Origin: Vicugna vicugna
Taxonomy: Eukaryota
DNA length: 64,000 nucleotides
Assembly: GCA_013265495.1 (NCBI GenBank)
Contig: MU058009.1
Span: 2,420,001-2,484,000 of the forward strand
Reading direction: 5' to 3'
Every line of letters begins with the position of its first letter. Positions within the stretch are counted from its first letter, which is position 1. Of the stretch, positions 25,241 to 37,930 are shown piece after piece. Below the pieces are notes generated by a model, which was not told where the DNA came from, made no database searches, and saw nothing but the letters and a program-made list of their open reading frames with translations. The position numbers and the translations under genes are program-made.

Positions 25241-27390
25241 ACCAAGACGCAGTGGGCAGCGTGTCCGGACCTCCAGTCCTGGTGGCTGGTGTTGTGATGG
25301 GCTTTGCTCTCCTCCCTGTGGCCAGAGTTCTCCCTGGGACTGGAAACAGTTGCGCTGTGTTTTGCTTGGCAGTCTGGTGCAGTGCTTGTCGGCCCCACTG
25401 CCCCAGTGCGGTGCCAGCTCCCCTAGGTGCTGGCTCCCTCTGGCCACATGGGGATAACAGGATGTAGATAATCTCCCTGTTAACAAGGATGAGCTGCCGC
25501 AGATGAGGATGGAGACACAAGAGGTCAAGTCCTAAGACGAGTAGGAAAACAATGCCCTGCTCTTGACCGCCGAGCACTCCCACGCCACCTGCCGACTCCC
25601 ATGCTGTCCCAGGCGTCACAAGGAATGTCCAAGGGTCCTGCGCAGGGAGCTCCACCCAGTCTGAGTCAGTCTTAGGTCTCAAATATGACCTGTTCTCACT
25701 CAGTGCAAACTCACTGATGGCATTGCTGAAAGCAAAACTGTTGAAATGAGGCCCTTCTCTGAGAGTGAAATAGGGAAGGTGAGGGCAGACACGGACAGGA
25801 GCCAGGGGCCTCTGCAGCCTGGCTGATGCATCGTTTGATAAAAGAACACTGTAGGCCCAAATGTCTCAGGCTGAATGGCACAGCTAGGGACGGGGCCAAG
25901 GTCTCCAGTCCCCAGTGCAGAGCAGTTGCCCTGCACCCCTGGAGGATAAAAGGGGACAAAAGGGAAGTTCAGACCTTCACGTGGCTCTTGGATGCTGGTG
26001 TCCACATGACAATATTTCCGGGTCCCTTAGGGGGTAAAACTGAACTGAGGGCTCTGGGGGTAGGGTGAACACAGCGACCCACAGCAGACAGGCGCTTCCA
26101 GCAGCAGGACACGGTTCCCGCTGCAGAGGGCCCAGTAGGCACCGACATTCTGGCCACTTGCTGCCCCGAACATCATCACCGTCTCAAGGGGAGTGTACCC
26201 CAAAAAAGACAGATTCAAGCCATCGTAGTAGACCAGGTGCATTCCTGTCCCCACAGAACTGTGCAGACCCTGGCACGTTATCCAACAGAAACAATTCTGA
26301 ATACCTGTGGGGAAAAGGACATCGCTTTGCTAACCCAGGACTCGCTGGAGACAGGAATGTTACAAACTAGTCTGTCACAATTTAACAGCCTGGTTGGCCA
26401 GTCGAAAAGGCCTCAAGTGCGTAGAGGCTGACAGTGGACTATCGCGGTCTGAGTCATGAGGTTCCCGCCCTTGGCCCCAGCAGCTCCAGGCATCACTGTC
26501 ACTAAGATGGTGATATCTCGGGCTGCACGCTCTTACTGACTTGGCTCACGCTTATTTCTCAATCGCCTTACAGCGTGAAGGTCAGGACCAGCCACATGGA
26601 ACGGCCTGCAGCACACTTTTCAATGTGCCCCCACGGGGGAACCTCAGCTCCCCCAGGGTGCCATCAGTGGGCGGGGCGTGACCTCACACAAGCCCAGGCC
26701 ATGCCTGGTTTCGTTCATCCTGAGAGCAGGGCCCCCCAGAGAGCAGGTGGAGGTGGCTATGCAGTTAGTCACTGACATGAGGACTGGCGGCCGTTAGGCT
26801 GTAAACCCAGATAAAGTGCAGGGCCCGGCATGGCAGGTGCAATTCCTAGGGGCCCCATGGGCAAGAAGCCAAAGATGCACCCCAGATACAATAAAATAAA
26901 AACTGTTGCCCCAGCAGGCCCCCACTAATAAAAAGCAGATCCAACCTCTCTGGTAGGGCTCTCTGGGCACTGGAGACAGCACTTGGGTGTTCTTCTGGCT
27001 CTCTGTTAAGGGGACCCCACAAAGGCACCAGTTTTCAGTGCGGTCCTTTGCAGCAGAAAATCTCAGAGTTGTTCAACAAGCCACGGCCCAGTCACTGCCT
27101 TTGTGACCTTTGGAGCCTATTACCAGGATGGACACAACCTCCACTCATGCCAACGGGTGATGTGGCAACAAGAAACTGCCTCTAGGATGTGCTGGCCTCT
27201 TGGACTTGGGACCTGTAAGTTGCCGGAGGCAGTCACCAGACACACTCACCGGAAGAGCAGTTCTGACCAGGACGTAGTGGGCAGCACCTCTGGGCTTCCA
27301 CTCCTGGTGGCTGGTGGTGCGACGGGCTTTGCTCCCCTCCACGTAGCTGGAGTCCTCCCCGGGACTGGGGACCGATGTCCCGTGGTCCAT
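25241..27390 (+). mobile_element. Internally deleted class III (ERVL-like) endogenous retrovirus: putative LTR, pro/RT remnant, partial LTR
   Basis: Protease QTFTWLLDAGVHMTIFPG (Asp at 25991) and RT remnants WPVEKASSA*RLTVDYRGL (26395), DLAHAYFSI (26538), AVNPDKVQGPAWQVQFLG (26798), LVGLSGHWRQH (26950), in pol order. Direct repeats at 25241-25359 and 27266-27384. Confidence 0.85.
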
Positions 27391-27555
27391 TCAACACTTT
27401 CACTCATCTTCCTCTTGTGAATACCACTGTGAATGAATGGTTTTTAATACATTCAATATGTTTTCATACTATTGGTATTCTACTAGTTTTTCAAATTTTC
27501 CCATCTTTAGAATGTTCCTTCAAGCTAGCTTCCGTGTCCTCTTAACACAGTTCCT

Positions 27556-28230
27556 GTATTTACCTAGGTTTCCCCAAGTCAGAGCCTGAGAAGACGTTTG
27601 CGCGCAGGGAGCGTGTTTGGGAAGGTGATCCCAGGGGGCAGAAGTGAAAGACACGGGGAGCATCACCAGGAAGAAGGGACCGGCTGGCTACCAGGACTTT
27701 TTACATGACTGGTATCTTTTGAGGAGTCTTTTGAAATTCGTCCCAGAACTATCTGCCCACGGGACAAAAGGGAAGCATTTACGAATTGCCTAATATTCCC
27801 CATTCATGGATGTGGCCTCATGGGCATTTATTCCCCCCAAATTCCTAGTTGTGTATGCATGACCACTAAGTGGGTTCCTGCCAAGGTTCTACGGCTGGCA
27901 AGCCTCAGAAAAGTCCCCAGTCAGGAGGAAGAGATCACAGCAGAAGCAGACAGGCAAGCACGCTCTGAGGGCAGCTGCACGAAGCCTGTCAGAGTTTACA
28001 CGAACTGCTGACCACAGCCAGGACGTAAATAAGAGGTGAGACTGAGCGGCTTTGGCAGCGCTGCACAAGGCGTGTCCAGCGCTGCTCACCAGAGCCACTC
28101 GTGCCTCTCTTAAATCCAGTTCATCACAGAGCCTTCTTCATGTAGTGGCCAATCACAACTTCTGAAAGGACTCCATGTAAGAGGCTTAGTGGGGAAATAT
28201 ACAGTCCTCACTGCTCAGCTTGTCCTGAGA
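27556..28230 (-). mobile_element. ERVL LTR (LTR16-like) with a short adjoining internal fragment
   Basis: GGTTTCCCCAAGTCAGAGCCTGAG...TTTGGGAAGGTGATCCCAGG resembles the reverse complement of LTR16-family ends (recalled). Confidence 0.6.
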
Positions 28231-28251
28231 CCACGATTAAGATAGTCATCA

Positions 28252-28530
28252 CACAGAATACAGACTTGTGGTTACCAGGAGTGAGGGGGTGGGAAGGGAT
28301 AAACTGGGAATTTGAGATTTACAAGTACTGACTGGAATATATAAAATAGATAAACAAGTTTATACTGTATAGCACCGGGAAATATATTCAATATCTTGTA
28401 GTAGCTTATGGTGAGAAAGAATATGAAAATGAATATATCTATATCCATGTATGACTGAAGCATGGTGCTGTACACCAGAAACTGACACAACATTGTAAAC
28501 TGACTATGCTTCAATTGGAAAAAAAAAAAA
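28252..28530 (+). mobile_element. Short LINE-1 3' end with A tail
   Basis: L1 3'UTR ending TTGTAAACTGACTATGCTTCAATTGG-A13; TSD AAGATAGTCATCA / AAGATCATCATCA. Confidence 0.85.
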
Positions 28531-28779
28531 AGATCATCATCAGATAGAACCCAATCCAGACTCCCTCTCCCTCACCAGCACTTCAGCTTGGAACACACTT
28601 CTGAAATGGAGTTAACGACCTCTCCCCCGCCTCCCTCCTGTCCAGTGTTACTCCCAGGAGGTAACCAAGGCGGTTTTCCATATCCTCCTTTACACACACA
28701 TGGACCACACGCCGCACACTTGTGTTTGTATATAACATGATCTCATTACTGTGAAACAAAAGAACAAACAAGAAGAAAA

Positions 28780-31690
28780 GAAAAACAAACTAGATCTAAC
28801 AGACACAGAACATTCCACTCAGGATATGAATTCTTCTCAAGAGCACACGGGACATTCTCCAGGACAGATATGTCAGGCCACAAACCACGTCTCAGGATAT
28901 TTGAAAAGATGGATGTCACACAAAGTACCTTCTCTGACCACAACAGAATGAAGTCAGAAATCAACAACGAAAGGAAAACTTGAAAATTCACAAATTCGAG
29001 GCACATTAAATAACACACACTTAAACAATCAATGGGTCAAAGAAGAAATCACAAGCGAAATTTTAAAATACTCAAAGACGAATGAAAATGAAAATACAAC
29101 TTACTAAAATTTATGAGATGCAACAACAGCAGTATTAAGAGAAAAATTTATAGTTGTGAACACTTACACTAAAATCAAGAAAGATCTCAAATTAACCATC
29201 CATCTTCACAACTAAAGGAACCAGAAAAAGAAGAAAAAACTAAACCCAATGGTAGCAGAAGAAAGGAAATAATAAAAGTTATAGCAAAGAAAAGTAAAAT
29301 CAAGAACAGAAAAACAATGGAGAAAACGAATGAAACTAAAAGTTTGTTCTTGAAAAACATGAACAAGATTGAGAAATCTTTAGCTAGATTGACTAATTTT
29401 AAAGAGAGAGAAGATTCAAATTATTAAAATCTGAATGTAAGTGGAGGCAGTACTACCAATTCTATAGAAGCAAAAGGATTATAAGAGAACAACGGCTCTA
29501 TGAACAGCTGAATACCAACGAATCAGATAACCGAGATGAAATGAACAAAGTCTTAGAAACACACAGCCTACCAAGGCCAAATCATGATGAAACAGAAAAT
29601 CTGAACAGACCCATAACTGGTAAGGAGATGGAATCAGTAATCAAAAACCTCCTGACAAAGAACAGCCCCCGATCTAATGAGTTCATTGGTTAATTCTACC
29701 AAACATTTAAAGAACTAACATCAATCTTTTTCAAACTCCTCCCAAAAACTGAAGAGAAAGGAGTACCTCCTAATTCATTCTATGAGGCTAGCATGCCCTG
29801 ATCCTAAAGTCTTAAAAACATTACAAGAAAACTACAGACCAGTATTCTTTTTGCATATAGATACAAAAATTCTTAACAAAATACTAGTAAATAGAATTCA
29901 ACAGCATGTCAAAAAGATTATACACCATGACTAAATGGAATTTATTCCTAGAATGCAAGGACAGTTCAACATATGAAAATCAATTAATGTAATATATCAC
30001 ATTAGCAGAATGAAAGTTGGGGGGGGAGTTATATGGTTATCTAAATCAATGCAGAAAAAATATATGAAAAAATTCAACAGCCTGTCATAGAAATAACACT
30101 CAAGAAACAACAAATAGAAAGAAACTACCTCAACATAATAAAGTCCATAAATGAGAAACCCACAGCTTATATGGTACTCAGTGGTGAAAGACTAAAAGCT
30201 GTTTCTCTAAAAACAGCACTAGTCAAGGATGCTCATTTTTTTCCAATTTCATTCAACACAGTATTACAGTTCTAGCCAGAGCAATTAGGCAAGAAAAAGA
30301 AATAAAAGGCATCTAAGTAAAAAGGAAGAAATAAAATGATCTTTACTCATCAACTACATGACTTCATATGTAGAAAATCCTATTATACATACACACACAC
30401 AGAAGTAATAAACAAATTCAGCAAAGTAGCAGAATACAAACTCAAGATTCAAAAGTCAGTTGCATTTCTACACACGAACAACAAAAATCTGGAATTAAGA
30501 AAATAATTTCATTTACAACAGCATCAGAAAAAATAAAACTTAGGAATTAACCAAGGGGATGAAAGACTTGTACACTGAAAACTGCAAAACAATGCTGAAA
30601 AAAATTAAAGAAGAAATAAATAAATGAAAAAACATCTCATGTTCAGGGATTGGGTGACTTAATTTTAAGATGTTAATACTATCCAAAGCAATCTACAGAG
30701 TCAACGCAATCCCTATCAAAACCCCAAAGATTATTTTTTTCAGAAATGGAAAAATCCATCCTAAAATTCATATGGAATCTCAAAGAACCTCACACAGCCA
30801 AAACAATCTTGAAAAAGAAAAATAAATGTGGAAGACTTGCACTTCCTCACTTCAAAATTTACTCTAAAGCTATAAAAATCAAAACAGTGTGGTTCTGGTA
30901 AGACAGCCATATAGGTCAATGTAATAAAACAGGAATCCCAGAAATGAGCTGTTGAATATATATGGTCAAATGAGTTTTTACAAGGGTGCCAAGACCATTC
31001 AACAGGGAAAGGACAGTGTTTTCAACAAATAGTGCTCGGAAAATTGGATATACACATTCTAAATGATGAAGTTGGACCCTTACCTAACATCATATACAAA
31101 AATTTATTCAAAATGGATTTCAAAAAATCTAAACATAAGAGCTAAACTATAAAACTCCTAGAAGAAAACATAGGGGGAAATCTTCATGACACTGGATTTA
31201 ACAATGGTTTCTTGGAGATGACATCAAACTCACAGGAACAACAAGCAAAAATAGCAAGTTGGATTTTATCAAAATCAAAGCCTTTTTGCACCAAAGGATA
31301 CTATCAGAGTAAAAAGGCAACACACAGAATGGGAGAAAATATCTGCAAATCACATATCTGATAAGAGATTAATATCCAGAATATGTAGAGACTTCCTAAA
31401 ACTCAACAACAAAAGTTAAAATACCCAATTCAAAAATGGGCAAAGCAGTCGAACAGACATTTCTCCAAAGAAGATATACAAATGCCCAATATTAGCACAT
31501 GAAAGATGCTCAGCAGCACTAATCATCAGAGAAACGCAAGTCAGAACCACAGTGAGATACCACCTCACACTCACTAGGACGGCTATTCTCCAAAATCAGA
31601 AACCCAGTGTCGTGGGAGATGCAGAGAAATTGGAACCCTGCTCTGCTCATGGGAATGTAAAGTGGTCCAGCTGCTGTGAAAAACAATATG
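28780..31690 (+). mobile_element. Degenerate LINE-1 ORF2 (~2.9 kb)
   Basis: Continuous L1 ORF2-like DNA from the end of the endonuclease region (TTCTCTGACCACAACAGAATGAAG) through RT to the C-terminal region; no long ORF. Confidence 0.92.
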
Positions 31691-31734
31691 ACTTCCATAC
31701 CGACAAACATTTGCTCTTATAAATAATGCTGCAG

Positions 31735-31914
31735 GGGGGAGGTTGTAGCTCAAGTGGTAGAGCGCATGCTCAGCATGCACAAGGTCCTGGGTTCAATCCC
31801 CAGTACCTCCCCCAAAAGTAAATAAGTAAATAGATAAATAATTACCTCTCTCCCCCTGCCAAAACAAAGAAATAAAATAAAAATAAATAAATAAAAATTT
31901 TAATAAACAAATTA
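31735..31914 (+). mobile_element. tRNA-Ala-derived SINE (Vic-1-like), long form
   Basis: GGGGGAGGTTGTAGCTCAAGTGGTAGAGCGCATGCTCAGCATGCACAAGGTCCTGGGTTCAATCCCCAGTACC; perfect 16-bp TSD ATAAATAATGCTGCAG (31719-31734, 31915-31930). Confidence 0.9.
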
Positions 31915-32074
31915 ATAAATAATGCTGCAGTCAGAATCGTTAAGGTTCTTATGATATACTAGTTCTGCACAACAGAGTCTCCAAACTGTGATTACTGGTA
32001 AATGGTATATTTAGATCTATATTTGGTCCATTCTCAATTTTTGTTTGTTCATGGGAAAAGCAGGAGGGGAGATG

Positions 32075-32500
32075 TTCTGCAGTAGTTAGGTTACGACTTG
32101 GCTGCATGTAACAAAAACCTCCAATAGCTGTGACTTACACAAGACATAATTTTATTTCTCTTTCAGGTTATAGTCTGGAGACAGGCATTCCAGGACTGGT
32201 ACGGAGACTGCATGCTGAGCTCACCCAAGGATCCAGCCTCTTTTTATCCTCTTACCTTTCATTTTCGTGGTCTCTGATGGCTCACTGCCATGTCCACATT
32301 CCAGTCACCAGGAGTGGGGCAGGGAGAAGACAGGCACAAGCCACTCCTTTCAGGACTCCACCGGAAGTTGCCCATACCACTTCCACTCACGTGACTCATC
32401 ATTCCTACAAGGGAGGCTGGGAAAAATCCTGCTCATGCTGGGTGGCCAGGTGCCCAGCTAGCACCATGATGGCCAAAGGGAGATGCGACAGTGGGTAACC
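32075..32500. mobile_element. Old ERVL/MaLR-type solo LTR
   Basis: TAGTTAGGTT...GGCTGCATGTAACAAAAACC...TTTATTTCTCT...AAGGGAGGCTGGGAAA, typical of MLT1/LTR33-like LTRs. Confidence 0.6.
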
Positions 32501-33214
32501 TCAATAAGATCTTCCAAAAGAATAGTCAATGATGTCAGCAATATTTATAAAATAAGCCATTTCCCATTTAATTAATATGCCATCCTTGTGCTTATTTAGG
32601 AAAACAAACAATTGGATCTGTTTCTAAATGCTCATCTGTTCCATTTATATTAAAACAGTTTTATAATAGTTAACTGCTCTTACTGTATTAATTAATAGTT
32701 GTTGATGTATTAGTCATTTATCTTTTGTAACTGACTTAAGCTATTTGATTTATATTATTCTCACAGATCAAGTTAAAGATGGTCAAACTCATTTTGTAAA
32801 AACTGGTTTGTCCTGGCACCTGGACATTATCATTTGAGGCAGAGGTAATTTTCTTAGTTCTGGGTTTTCAATGTTAAGGAGCATCTCTATCCAGCTAAGA
32901 GGCCAGTAATGTAATGACAGCTAAGAGGTCGCTCACACATTTGTATCACCATTACAGCCTTAGAGGAGAAGAAACCACTGCCCAAGAAAAAGCCAGATTA
33001 CACCAGGGGTCAGCTGACAGGAACAGCGTTTCCCAGGGTAACAGGCATCCAGGACTTCACCTTACCATCCATTGCACAAACAATGCATGTGAGCAAGTGC
33101 CAGGATGAGCCTGATGGTTCAGTCAATTCCCACGTTGATGGGAAATTAAAGAGGCGCACTCCAGCTCCTCAGAGAACACCGTCCATTTCAAATGTGTGGT
33201 TCAATTAGCTTTTT

Positions 33215-33365
33215 TCTTTTTTTAACTGAAGTACAATCAGTGTACAGCACAATGTCCCAGTCATGCATATACACACATATATTCATTTTCATATTCTTTT
33301 TCATTAAAGGTTATTACAAGATATTGAATGTCTTGTGCTATACAGAAGAAATTTGTTTTTATCTA
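33215..33365 (-). mobile_element. Short LINE-1 3' end
   Basis: Same family as 5031-5178; TSD CAATTAGC(T/C)TTTT at 33202 and 33366. Confidence 0.8.
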
Positions 33366-33929
33366 CAATTAGCCTTTTAACCAACAGCAGCGCCTCTGCC
33401 ATTATCTCCTTCCACCAGGAGAGTGGAAAATTCCACTCACTCTGTTTATAGAGGAAAATTCTGCTCAAGTTTATGGCTTATCCTCAAAAGTGCCTTCCTT
33501 TGACTTTGACTTTAGAAAAAGGAAAAGCTACTTGATCAAAAGAAGCTCCATTTAGGATCCTGGCTCCTTTCTACACTGCTAAAGTGTATCCTTTGCCTTT
33601 CTCTAAAACCTAAATACGGCATCTCTTGCATGAAGCCTTCTTGGTTCCCAGTGCCTGCAACAATGGGATAAGCTGGAAGGCATCTTAGAGACCTCGAGGT
33701 TGGATTCTCAACCCTGACCTCCTCTGGTCACCTGAGAAGCTTTTAACAGGAGCATCTGCCAGCACTCTTCCCCAAGACTCTGATTAGCGAGTCTGAGATG
33801 GAGCCTTACTTAGCTCTGTATTCTTCTAACTTCCACAAGGGATTATGAGCAACAGATGACCAACCCCTTAACTTAGAGAGGAGGGCATGGAGACCACATG
33901 GCACCACAAAGAGTCATGCATGCCTTCCT

Positions 33930-34080
33930 AGCAGCAGCTTCTTCAAGGAAGGGACTTTACCTCCTCTGCAGCTGTCTCCAGTACCTAGAACTTAGTCTAG
34001 GTAGTATGCAGATTTGTTGAATGAATGAATGAATGAATCTGTCAATCAATCAACCAGTCAATCAATCTATCCATCAATTC
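33930..34080 (+). repeat. L2 3' tip with (GAAT)n followed by (CAAT)n-like microsatellite
   Basis: CAGTACCTAGAAC...TTTGTTGAATGAATGAATGAATGAAT then TCAATCAATCAA. Confidence 0.7.
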
Positions 34081-34229
34081 ATAAGACACCAAACTTGAAC
34101 CAGAAAACCGGATTCTGGTCTGGGATATGACCCCAGAGCCTTCCTTTGCTAGAGGGTGTCTGGTGGTGACTAATTCGCTGGCGTGTTCACCGTGATTGCT
34201 TGGCTTGATAAACAGTCTTCCTTACGACA

Positions 34230-34870
34230 GCCTGCGCTGTCACCTGCCAGGCTCCGTAACTGCTTTGCATCATAGGTCAAGGTTGGTCACAGCCCACCCT
34301 GGCTGCCCGGGAAGCGGCCCCGGTGGTGCACACACCTTAGGGAGTGTCTGCAACCAGGGAACACCTCAGCGGGAGGGTCAGGGGCGTGGAGGGCAGTGCG
34401 GCCTTTGCGACGCGGGCAGGTGCGGGCAGCGAGGGAGGAGCGGGGAGGGCCGGCCGCTGACGCCCGGGGCCGGGAGGGGCGCTCGCACCTGCTGGGTGGC
34501 GGCGGCACTCGGCGCGCAACGCGGCGGCGGACGGACGGCTCGGAGGCGCTCGGCGCAGGTGAGACGCGGGCTGCGGACAGGGGGCTCGGACCCGGAGCGG
34601 TTACCACCGCGCCCGCGCACCTGTGTCCGATCGCCGGCGGCCGCAGAGTGAATATTGCGGCGACCCTGGCCGGGCAGGGCGACCGTGTCGCTGGGCGAGA
34701 GGAGCTTCCAAGTGTGAAGCCTCTGCCCTCCAGTCCGCCCCGAGGATCGGAGGACACCCGCGGTGACGGCTCGTAGCCGGCCCTGAGACCCGAGCTGTTT
34801 GGAGTCCGCGGCAGGTGGCGGTGCGCACTTGCACCCCGACCCTCTCCGGGTTAGCACCGCTCCACAAACG
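34230..34870 (+). promoter_or_regulatory. TMEM45B: CpG island / TMEM45B promoter
   Basis: Densest CpG/GC-rich non-repeat segment in the window, with GC-box-like GGGAGGGGCG, a strong splice donor, and a position upstream of the TMEM45B coding exons on the same strand. Boundaries estimated by eye. Confidence 0.8.
34480..34558 (+). other. TMEM45B: Probable non-coding exon 1 (5'UTR) of TMEM45B; start approximate
   Basis: CAG|GTGAGA donor with GT at 34559-34560 inside the CpG island. The first coding exon starts at an acceptor only 16 nt before the ATG, so an upstream exon is required. The TSS cannot be fixed from sequence. Confidence 0.65.
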
Positions 34871-36719
34871 CACCAACACTTACTTTCCTTAGGCCGGAAA
34901 GCCTGTAATCTAGTAAGAGATGATTGATTGGTAACGTCTCTGGGGCCATTACTTAGTCCAATTGTCAGGATTCGGCCAGTGGGCGGAAAGGAATGTCCAG
35001 GAGCAAAGCGGCGAGATTAGCGGTGGTTGGAGAGGTTCATGTGGGCTCTAAAAATAGCTTCAGGTGTAGCTGTCTGGGTCCAGAGGGGTAACCCCTGGGA
35101 TAGGAGCTAGCCCTAGATGTAAGAGAGATCTATGTTTCAGCAAGGGAAATCCATCGCTTTATGAAATAAATCACTTAAAAATTTTAGCCAGGCATCTCTC
35201 CAGAAGTCACAAAAATGACCACTTCACATTCTCCTGCGCCACTGCCCTCAGCGTCTGCCATTTTCCTCTGCATCCCTGACGCGTCGCCCAGTTGCCCCAC
35301 CCACCGCTCTGCTTGGCTCTTAAAGCGGTGTACAAATTTTACCTGAATTTTTACATTCATTTTAATAGGTAGTATGGCTAATTGTCGAGGAAAGACGTGT
35401 TGTTTTAACCACAGGTGCAACATACTCAATATAATCTGGGCTTTGTACCATGTAGAACTCTGTAGGGGAGAATCGTTGTACACAGTGAGGTAAGGGGCCA
35501 GCGCTGCTACAGACTTAGCTCTTCATGACTGAGAGTCCTCTGTCCCTAGAGTTTCTGGAAAAGCTATGGAATTGACTTGAGGACTTTGTTGAATATGGCC
35601 CCTTGATTTTACAAGGAGAGACCATCAGACACAAGCAGACAATAAGGCATGGTTATGCATTATTTGTTCTGGTACCGCAGGAGGCAAACATTCACATTTC
35701 CTTTTAAAGACCTTTGACTTCCTGTCATTTCTTCCATGGGAGGTGGAAACAGTGCCACCACCCGCTTATCTCATCCTCTGCAATATTCCTTATATTCTGT
35801 GGGTTCCTCCCAGACCCTTCTGGGGGATGTTGGTCGGCGTGGACTAGGTGAAGCTACTGAATCTCACGTCTGGCACCAGCTACTTTATTTGTGGTCTTCC
35901 CCGCCTAAACTTAGCAAGTGGCCCTTTGAAATTGTCCGGATTTGGCAAGGGCTTGGGGTGGGGAGGGTAAAGAGAAAGAAAGACTTCTGCTTTCTTATCT
36001 CCCCATCACCTTCAAGTTAACTTTGGCTGCCATGCTTACTTGGTCAAAGTACAATGTTACCTATGTGGGTTGTAAGCAGAGGATTATTATCTCTTCTCCT
36101 CAAATGCATCTGCTTGTTGAAAATGGACAAGGGCAATTTTCTCATATGTAGAGCCACTCCCATAGCAAAAGTTCCTGTTATTGCAAAATATTTTACACTT
36201 GAGGTAAAGAGAATGGAAGTCATTACTGTGTCATCAGCTAATAGCTGTACATGTAGACAAGCTTCTGATCTACACTTGTATCTATAGACAGGTTATAAGG
36301 CAAAAACTGGGCTATTTACAATACCATAAAATACTGAATATGGACAATTAGAAGTTATAGGTAAGTGATGTAATTCCCACTTCATTTGAACCCAGCTTCC
36401 CTTTGAAACAGCCAGCCCTCTCCCCCAAACCTTTACTGGGGCTAGAAGCAGACAGAGATTATTTCAATTTTAGCCGTTTTTGTTTCACTTGTGTAAAAAT
36501 GAAATGAGTCACAAAGTACACTATGGGAGGGAGAAGGAGACTCAAAAGATCTACCAGCCTTGTGAGATGAAGAATTAAAACCAAAGACATTAAAGCACAA
36601 GCATGTACTTCCCGGGCAGGATTTTGATATTCTAAGCCATTATCACTGTCTTGCTGGTGCCAAATCATAATGGGGCCTTCCAGAGTACCAGGCAATTTCT
36701 TTGATAAGCAGCGCTGTGA

Positions 36720-36830
36720 GGTCAGAGTAATAGCCCTATTTCATAAATGAGGAAATTGAGACTTAGAGACGTGAGTATCTGGCCCAGGGTGACGCAGCTG
36801 TGATGTGGCGGAGCCGAGTCACAAACCAGA
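36720..36830. mobile_element. MIR SINE
   Basis: ATTTCATAAATGAGGAAATTGAGACTTAGAGA...GCCCAGGGTGACGCAGCT core. Confidence 0.7.
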
Positions 36831-37454
36831 ACTTCTTCCATAATAACACGGCTCCCTCCCGTGTGGGTATTTTCCTCTTTGTTAAATTTGAGTTTGGGGC
36901 GGCGGGGGTGGGGGGAGAGGTTGTTTGGCACTTGAACTCTTAAGAGTCTAAATTTAGAAACATTCTTGTTTGGTACATTTCATGGTCATCTTTGTTCAAG
37001 GTCATCACAAAATATTTTAGGGCTGAGGATAGCCTTAAAGATTATTCAGCCCAGTCTTCTTGTTTTTCAAAGAAAAGTAGATGTGGGAAGAATTAAGCAA
37101 CCCCCCCAGTGCTGCTTCCCCAGATGTACTTTGCTAAAATCTAGGTCTCCCAATGTCCAGACGATTGCTTTCTCTGGCATGTGGTGCCCCGAGGATTTCC
37201 TACATACATAAATCAAGCAGTTTATTTTGATTCACTCTAGCGCTCTAGGATCTGTGACAGCAAACCATCGCCTGCCTCTCTGAAGCCTGGACCCAAATCC
37301 CTGTAGATTCTTCTATCTGGACTGTATTCCACATTCCACGATGGAAAGAGCCTTATTTGCCCAACCCATTGTGTTATTCCTAGCATGATGCCCAAAGCAC
37401 TCAAAAATACGTATTCGGTGTACAGTATATCAAATCAACATCTGGACAAGTGTG

Positions 37455-37930
37455 AGATGTCATTAGGACTTCATGCAGCTACAAGTAACAGAAGACCCTC
37501 CTGCAGGGGCTTAATACATAAAGAATCTATTCTTCTCATGTAACCAGGTATCTGGAGGTAGGAAGTCCAGGGTTGGGACAGGCTCCGTCTGTCTTCCTGT
37601 ACCACCATCCTTAGCACCCGGCTTTCGTCCTTACTGAAGGACAGGCACCTCTTCCGTGCTTAACAGCAAGAAGGGCAGAAGGCATGTACCAGCTGAGTCT
37701 GTGCCTTTTTCTCTTTAAATCATAATATTAAGATCTTCCCTGGAAGCTCTGCCCAGTAGACTTACATCTTACTGATACAAAAGCTATGTCACATAACCAC
37801 TCCTGTTAGGAGCCTGAGGACATCTAGTGTGTTAGATGGACATGTTGCCAATACAACAGAATAGCAATTCCGTTAATAAGGAAGAAGGGGAGGATGGATG
37901 TTGGGTTGGCAACTAGCAGGGTCCGCCATG
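37455..37930. mobile_element. Old ERVL/MaLR-type solo LTR
   Basis: CATTAGGACTTCATGCAGCTACAAGTAACAGAAG...GGAGGTAGGAAGTCCAGGG...GGCAACTAGCAGGGTCCGCCA. Confidence 0.6.

Noticed and set aside
24763..25682. Overlapping 234-, 206- and 170-aa ORFs, with a peptide echoed in ORF 27103..27420
   Set aside because: The peptide similarity comes from the DNA direct repeat (putative LTRs). It is not a duplicated gene or a recognisable gag or env.
31735..31810. tRNA-Ala-like sequence (also at 16390, 18531, 42541)
   Set aside because: No proper acceptor stem; AT-rich tails and TSDs show these are SINEs, not tRNA genes.
34196..34879. Several 90-160 aa ORFs on both strands
   Set aside because: Stop-codon depletion in a CpG island; Arg/Gly/Ala/Pro-rich and unrecognisable.
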